From Candidatus Eiseniibacteriota bacterium (lineage in GTDB: Bacteria; Eisenbacteria; RBG-16-71-46; CAIMUX01; JAHJDP01), in NCBI GenBank assembly GCA_018831195.1, contig JAHJDP010000042.1, positions 292 to 64,291 on the forward strand: a stretch of DNA of 64,000 bases. Direction: 5' to 3'. Under the pieces are notes generated by a model. It had not been told where the DNA came from, did not search any database, and was given only the letters and a program-made list of their open reading frames with translations. The translations under genes were made by a program, and so were the position numbers. How positions within the stretch are numbered: the first letter of the stretch is position 1; each line of letters starts with the position of its first letter. This document shows positions 59,663 through 64,000 of this stretch, piece after piece.

Positions 59663-60882
59663 GCCGGCGCCTTTTCCTTTGTTGCCTTTTAATGGTCATG
59701 CCTGCTTCCGTTTTTGCGCAAGGGAAGGCGGTGGGGATGGCCGGCGCTTATAGCCTGGCCGCCCGCGGCGCCGAAGCGCCCTCCTGGAATCCGGCGACAC
59801 TGGCCTGGTCGAGTCAGTTGCACATTCAAATCGCCTCTATCCGCCTTCTGGCGACGAATAACAGCTTCAGTTACAGCGACTACAAACGCTGGAACGGCAA
59901 GACCTGGGATGACCAAGACAAAGCGAAAATCCTCGCCTCGATCCCCGGACCGAATTTCGAAATTCAAGCTGATACAAAAGTCATGATTCCCGGCCTCGCC
60001 TGGGGTTCCTGGGCCGTCACCGCCGAGACGCATGGCGGCGGCAAGGCGGGCGTTCCGAAAGAATTCGCGAGATTGGTCTTTTTCGGCAACACCCCGGAAG
60101 AGGCCTTTGATTTGGATGGCGCCGGGGGCGAAGGGTTGGCCTATTCGGAATACCGGATCAGCCACGCGCGTCCCATCGGAAGTTATAAAACCTGGGATCT
60201 CGTCGCGGGGGGATCGTTCAAGTATTTGCAGGGCTGGGCCTATGCCGAGGTGACGGAAGCCTCCGGTGAGCTGGTCACAACAATCGATGCCCTGAAGGGT
60301 CATGGCATTGTCGAGGAACTCACATCCCTCGGCGGCTCCGGCTTCGCTTTTGATTTCGGTGTGGCCGCCAAACGTGACGACGGCTGGCAAGCCGGTCTCG
60401 CGCTGCGCAACCTCTTTGGATCGATCAAGTGGACTAAAGAGACAAAGTGGTATCGCCAGACGGTCGATGCCGACAGCGTCACCCTCAATGATTTCGAGGA
60501 TGATTCCGACGCCGTCGTCGATACATCGGAGGATGGCCCGGCTCCGGATTTCAGCCGGTCGCTGGCGCCATCGCTGACATTGGGGATTGCGCGGCCCACC
60601 GCCTGGGCCTATCTGGAGATGAATATCGAGCAGGGTCTGCAGAAGGGTCCGATGACCACCACCACACCGCGCCTTTCGCTCGGCCTCGCCCGTTCTCTCT
60701 GGTGGCGTTTTCAGGGGCGGATGGGTCTTGCGTTCGGCGGCATTGACGGGCCGGTCCTGGCCTTTGGTTCGGGTCTGAATCTCTGGGGCATTGAATTGGA
60801 AGGCGCCTATTACTCGACTGGAACGTTAAACCCCTTTTCCGGCAAGGGCGCCGGGGTGGGCTTTTCTATCGGGTATCGTTAA
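59659..60882 (+). CDS. Putative outer-membrane β-barrel protein (407 aa), coupled to the upstream lipoprotein.
   Basis: The signal peptide reads MSRRLFLCCLLMVMPASVFAQG. It is followed by Gly/aromatic-rich alternating β-strand-like sequence. The protein ends ...GAGVGFSIGYR. Confidence 0.45.
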   Translation: MSRRLFLCCLLMVMPASVFAQGKAVGMAGAYSLAARGAEAPSWNPATLAWSSQLHIQIASIRLLATNNSFSYSDYKRWNGKTWDDQDKAKILASIPGPNFEIQADTKVMIPGLAWGSWAVTAETHGGGKAGVPKEFARLVFFGNTPEEAFDLDGAGGEGLAYSEYRISHARPIGSYKTWDLVAGGSFKYLQGWAYAEVTEASGELVTTIDALKGHGIVEELTSLGGSGFAFDFGVAAKRDDGWQAGLALRNLFGSIKWTKETKWYRQTVDADSVTLNDFEDDSDAVVDTSEDGPAPDFSRSLAPSLTLGIARPTAWAYLEMNIEQGLQKGPMTTTTPRLSLGLARSLWWRFQGRMGLAFGGIDGPVLAFGSGLNLWGIELEGAYYSTGTLNPFSGKGAGVGFSIGYR

Positions 60883-60926
60883 TATTGTTAAACCACTTTC
60901 TCTTTTCAGGAGAATCCTCCTGCTCC

Positions 60927-61769
60927 TCACACCTCGTCGGCATCCCCTTGATGATGCGACCGGATCCACTTTAACATTTGGAGCAGATGCCGTCTTGCCC
61001 AGGCTGGGGAGATAATTTCGACACGGCGCCCCCATTGCAGCGTCCACAGGAGAACTTCATCCGGTTCCGATGTTGTGATGACGAGGTCCAATCCGCCGTC
61101 CATTCTGTTTTGCAGCTCAACTCCCTGTGGCCAGTCCATCGAATTGATCTTTTGTGAAAGGTCGGGAAGGAAGCGCAATCTTAATGTTGTCGGCCCATCC
61201 GGCGCCACGGCCGGCGCCTCGCTTGTTGCCTCGCCCGTTGTTTCGGCCTGTGTCTCGCCCCGTCTCTCTGTCCGGTTCTCAGCCGATGCGTCAGGGAGGG
61301 GCGCTCGGGGAACGCCCCTGCGGCGAACCTTATCGCCGCCTTTGCGCGTCGTCATTGGTGTGACGGCGGGCTGCGAGAGCGAGGCGACAAGATCCTTCAT
61401 CTTAAGCGCGATAGGATCGGGCAGAACATGCCCCAGCTTCAAAAAAATCTGCTGCAGCAAGCCTTCATAGGGTGTCTCCCGATACGTGTCGAGGGTCCAA
61501 TCTCCCGCCAAGACAGCGAGCAGATCTCCCTCGGTAATCTTGACCTCCAGCGGTGGGATATATTTCATATCGGTATATTCATAGCCATGGCGGGAGGCGT
61601 TCCAGCGGATCGGACCACCCTGCTCGCGCAGATACTCGATATCCCTTTGAATCGTCCGGATCGAAACATTCAAATCCCTGGCCAGCGAGGGGGCGCTCGG
61701 GTAGGTGTGGGATCGGACGGCCCGATCCAAACGCAGCAGACGCACCAGTGGAATTCGGCGTTTATCCAT
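60927..61769 (-). CDS. WYL-domain transcriptional regulator with an N-terminal HTH (YafY/PafBC/DriD-like family).
   Basis: The N-terminus reads MDKRRIPLVRLLRLDRAVRSHTYPSAPSLARDLNVSIRTIQRDIEYLREQGGPIRWNASRHGYEY (HTH_11-like, then the WYL region). A GGGAGG RBS lies 6 nt upstream of the ATG at 61767-61769. The low-complexity linker is Ala/Thr/Glu/Arg-rich. Confidence 0.7.
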   Translation of the reverse strand: MDKRRIPLVRLLRLDRAVRSHTYPSAPSLARDLNVSIRTIQRDIEYLREQGGPIRWNASRHGYEYTDMKYIPPLEVKITEGDLLAVLAGDWTLDTYRETPYEGLLQQIFLKLGHVLPDPIALKMKDLVASLSQPAVTPMTTRKGGDKVRRRGVPRAPLPDASAENRTERRGETQAETTGEATSEAPAVAPDGPTTLRLRFLPDLSQKINSMDWPQGVELQNRMDGGLDLVITTSEPDEVLLWTLQWGRRVEIISPAWARRHLLQMLKWIRSHHQGDADEV

Positions 61770-61827
61770 CCTATACCTCCCTGCCAAACCTCCCCCTTGA
61801 CACTCTTCCGACACAGTTTCACTCTTA

Positions 61828-62826
61828 TTGTCTATGCCAGCCAATCTTACGCCAGAATATATCCGCTTGGACGGTTTACTGAAAGAGGCGAAGACGCCCG
61901 AGGAAAAGCTGCCGATTCTCCGAGAGATGCTGCGCGTCATCCCTAAACACAAGGGAACAGACAAGATGCAGGCGGATCTCAAGCGCCGCATCTCGAAATT
62001 TCAGGAAGCCGCGGACCAGAGAGGGAAGGCCGGAGGACGGGTTGATCCCTTTCATGTGCCCACCGAAGGGGTGGGGCAGGTCGTGCTGGCCGGCCCTCCC
62101 AACAGCGGGAAATCCTCTATCCTCGATATTCTAACGAGCGCCAAGCCGGCGATCGCCGATTTTCCCTTCACCACGGTCCTGCCCCAGCCGGGAATGGTTC
62201 CTTTTGAGGATATCCAAATCCAACTGGTTGATGCACCGCCGCTGGCGAGGGAATCGCTTCCTCCGGGGATCTTTAATCTCTACCGCACCGCCGATCTCAT
62301 CGTCATCGCTGTTGATCTGACGGATGACGATCCCGTGGCGCAGGCGCGGGAGATTATCAATCTTTTGGATGAGCGGCTGATCACACTGGTCGATCACCGC
62401 CAAGAAACGCTGGATCCGAGCCGCGACGCACGGGTGCACCGCCGGGCGATGATCTTCGGGTGCAAGGCGGATGAGCCGGGTACGGATGAAAAAGCCAAGG
62501 CGCTGGCTGAATCGATGCAGCCGATTGAGGTGATTAAGTTTTCCTGTCTCGATGATGACGTCGTCGAAACAATTCCCGGCAAGTTTTACAAAGCGCTGAG
62601 GATGATCCGGATTCATACGAAAAAACCGGGTTATAAATTCATAAAATCCGCGCCCTATATTCTTCCCGCCGGATCCACCATCATGGATGCGGCGAAGGAG
62701 ATTCACAAAGACTTCGCCGAGCAACTAAAAGAAGCCCGCGTGTGGGGTTCAGCCAAACATGACGGGCAGGCCGTCATGCGGGATCACATTCTGGCCGACA
62801 AGGATATCGTGGAGTTTCATGTCTAA
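61828..62826 (+). CDS. DRG-family (developmentally-regulated-GTP-binding-protein-like) Obg-superfamily GTPase with a C-terminal TGS domain; the G3 and G4 motifs are degenerate.
   Basis: G1 is GPPNSGKSS and G2 is FPFTTVLP. G3 is DAPP, not DxxG. The G4-like motif is CKAD, not NKxD. The C-terminus (RIHTKKPGYKF...ILPAGSTIMDAAKEIHKDFAEQLKEARVWGSAKHDGQAVMRDHILADKDIVEF) aligns closely with the eukaryotic/archaeal DRG TGS region (RIYTKPKG...VWG...KH.PQ.VG.DH.L.DEDV.QI). Confidence 0.65.
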   Translation: MSMPANLTPEYIRLDGLLKEAKTPEEKLPILREMLRVIPKHKGTDKMQADLKRRISKFQEAADQRGKAGGRVDPFHVPTEGVGQVVLAGPPNSGKSSILDILTSAKPAIADFPFTTVLPQPGMVPFEDIQIQLVDAPPLARESLPPGIFNLYRTADLIVIAVDLTDDDPVAQAREIINLLDERLITLVDHRQETLDPSRDARVHRRAMIFGCKADEPGTDEKAKALAESMQPIEVIKFSCLDDDVVETIPGKFYKALRMIRIHTKKPGYKFIKSAPYILPAGSTIMDAAKEIHKDFAEQLKEARVWGSAKHDGQAVMRDHILADKDIVEFHV

Positions 62827-63712
62827 AGCCCTACCGGCCGCCAAATCTTTGCCGCCGCTCGGCGCCCACATGTCGATCGCCGGCGGATTGTCAAATGCCA
62901 TAGCGGATGGCGCGCGATACCGGTGTGATGCGATTCAGATCTTCACCAAGAGCAGCAATCAATGGGCCGCGAAACCCTTGACCCCCGAGGAGGTGGAACG
63001 GTTCCTGGAGGCCTCGGCCAAGCTCCGCAGGAAATTGGGGCGCCTCGAACTGGCCGCGCATGATTCGTACCTCATCAATCTCGCCTCTCCGGAACCGCCC
63101 CTGCTCAAGCGGTCCCGCGCAGCCTTCCTGGTCGAAGTGGAGCGTTGCGAAACGCTGGATATTCCCCGTCTTGTCTTTCACCCCGGCGCGCACAGGGGGA
63201 TGGGGGAGGAACATGGGATTCGCAACATCGTGCAGAGCCTCGATGAAGTGCTCGCGAGGGCGCCCGGCGGCCGGACAACGATTCTTTTAGAGACAACGGC
63301 GGGGATGGGGTCGAGTATCGGATGGCGCTTTGAGCACCTCGCCCGGATTATAGAAAATGTAAAAGAGAACCACCGCCTCGGCGTCTGTTTCGACACCTGC
63401 CATGTGCTGTCCGCCGGCTACGATTATCGTGATGAAGAAGGGTACGCGAAGGTCATGGGGGAATTCGACCGCCTGATCGGCATCGAGCGCCTGCGGCTCT
63501 TTCATCTCAACGATTCAAAGCAAGAGTTCAACAGCCATCTCGATCGCCATGAGCATATCGGCAAGGGATTCGTCGGCAGCAAAGCCTTTGCAAGAATTCT
63601 CAGAGACCCCCGGTTTCGCGACATACCGATGGTGCTGGAGACACCGAAAGATGATGAGATGGACCGGAGGAACTTGGCTCTTTTGCGGCGGCTCGGCCGG
63701 GCCGCTCGATGA
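62819..63712 (+). CDS. nfo: Endonuclease IV (AP endonuclease family 2).
   Basis: The product aligns along its whole length with E. coli Nfo: GAHMSIAGGL; IFTKSSNQW; HDSYLINLASP; FHPGAH; ILLETTAGMGS; GVCFDTCHVLSAGYD; HLNDSK; DRHEHIGKG; PMVLETP. The start overlaps the GTPase gene's 3' end by 8 nt. Confidence 0.9.
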   Translation: MSKALPAAKSLPPLGAHMSIAGGLSNAIADGARYRCDAIQIFTKSSNQWAAKPLTPEEVERFLEASAKLRRKLGRLELAAHDSYLINLASPEPPLLKRSRAAFLVEVERCETLDIPRLVFHPGAHRGMGEEHGIRNIVQSLDEVLARAPGGRTTILLETTAGMGSSIGWRFEHLARIIENVKENHRLGVCFDTCHVLSAGYDYRDEEGYAKVMGEFDRLIGIERLRLFHLNDSKQEFNSHLDRHEHIGKGFVGSKAFARILRDPRFRDIPMVLETPKDDEMDRRNLALLRRLGRAAR

Positions 63713-63724
63713 CCGCCGGAAGGG

Positions 63725-64000
63725 CTAACTGCCCCGTTCTTCGCTGAGCAGGGCCCGATTGTAGGCGCTGATCACTTCCGACCGCCGGACCATACCCACC
63801 AGACGGCCGTCGTGATCCGGATCAACGACCGGAATCTCCGCCATATCCCACTTGCCGAATTTCTTCATGGCATCGTTGAGATTTTCACCGGGTGTGATCG
63901 TCACCGGATCCACCGTCGCGACATCCTGCGCGATGATGAGCAGTCGTGTGTGCTCACCCCAGCTTTCGCGGAGAACCTCCCGCAGATCGGTAAGAGAGAT
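63725..64000 (-). CDS. Partial gene for a CBS-domain protein. The C-terminus lies in this window and the gene continues beyond the window end.
   Basis: The C-terminal region reads ...DPVTITPGENLNDAMKKFGKWDMAEIPVVDPDHDGRLVGMVRRSEVISAYNRALLSEERGS, a CBS-pair-like pattern. No stop codon occurs before the window edge. Confidence 0.45.
   Translation of the reverse strand: MSLTDLREVLRESWGEHTRLLIIAQDVATVDPVTITPGENLNDAMKKFGKWDMAEIPVVDPDHDGRLVGMVRRSEVISAYNRALLSEERGS

Overview
This is a high-GC (about 60%), gene-dense bacterial chromosomal segment; Gram-negative features are present throughout (outer-membrane β-barrels, lipoproteins, an ECF σ/anti-σ pair, a σ54-dependent two-component system). Two giant secreted proteins end in a Por_Secre_tail-like (T9SS-type) C-terminal sorting domain, which suggests an FCB-superphylum-like lineage, but that is inference only.

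The housekeeping content is ordinary: clpB, trpS, class I fumarase α/β, pckA, ispG, L-lysine 6-transaminase, thiS-thiG-thiE, thiC with a canonical TPP riboswitch, nfo, a vapBC toxin-antitoxin pair, an NSS transporter, an M42 peptidase, a CPBP protease, YjbQ and a fused radical-SAM protein.

The parts I would look at again are:
- an intact archaeal-type DNA topoisomerase VI operon (top6B-top6A), divergently paired with a gene for an HTH protein carrying a histone-H1-like KKAT-repeat tail. That tail is encoded by perfect 15-bp tandem DNA repeats.
- lysine-rich basic tails that recur on otherwise conserved enzymes (Top6B N-terminus, both ends of the FumA α-subunit, the N-terminus of a TPR protein).
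- a DRG-family (archaeo-eukaryotic type) Obg-like GTPase with degenerate G3/G4 motifs, translationally coupled to endonuclease IV and divergent from a WYL-domain regulator. This looks like a candidate LexA-independent DNA-damage module.
- a gingipain-like C25 protease with a P-domain, and a 1064-aa unknown protein. Both carry T9SS-type C-terminal domains, and the second is driven by a textbook σ70 promoter with a palindromic operator.
- a 28-bp tandem direct repeat upstream of clpB.
- thi genes sitting directly behind a large outer-membrane protein gene with no detectable riboswitch.
- a translationally coupled lipoprotein/β-barrel pair.

No rRNA, tRNA, CRISPR array or obvious mobile element was seen. 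Gene starts and stops were checked by reading the sequence directly; all homology calls are from memory of protein families and are unverified.
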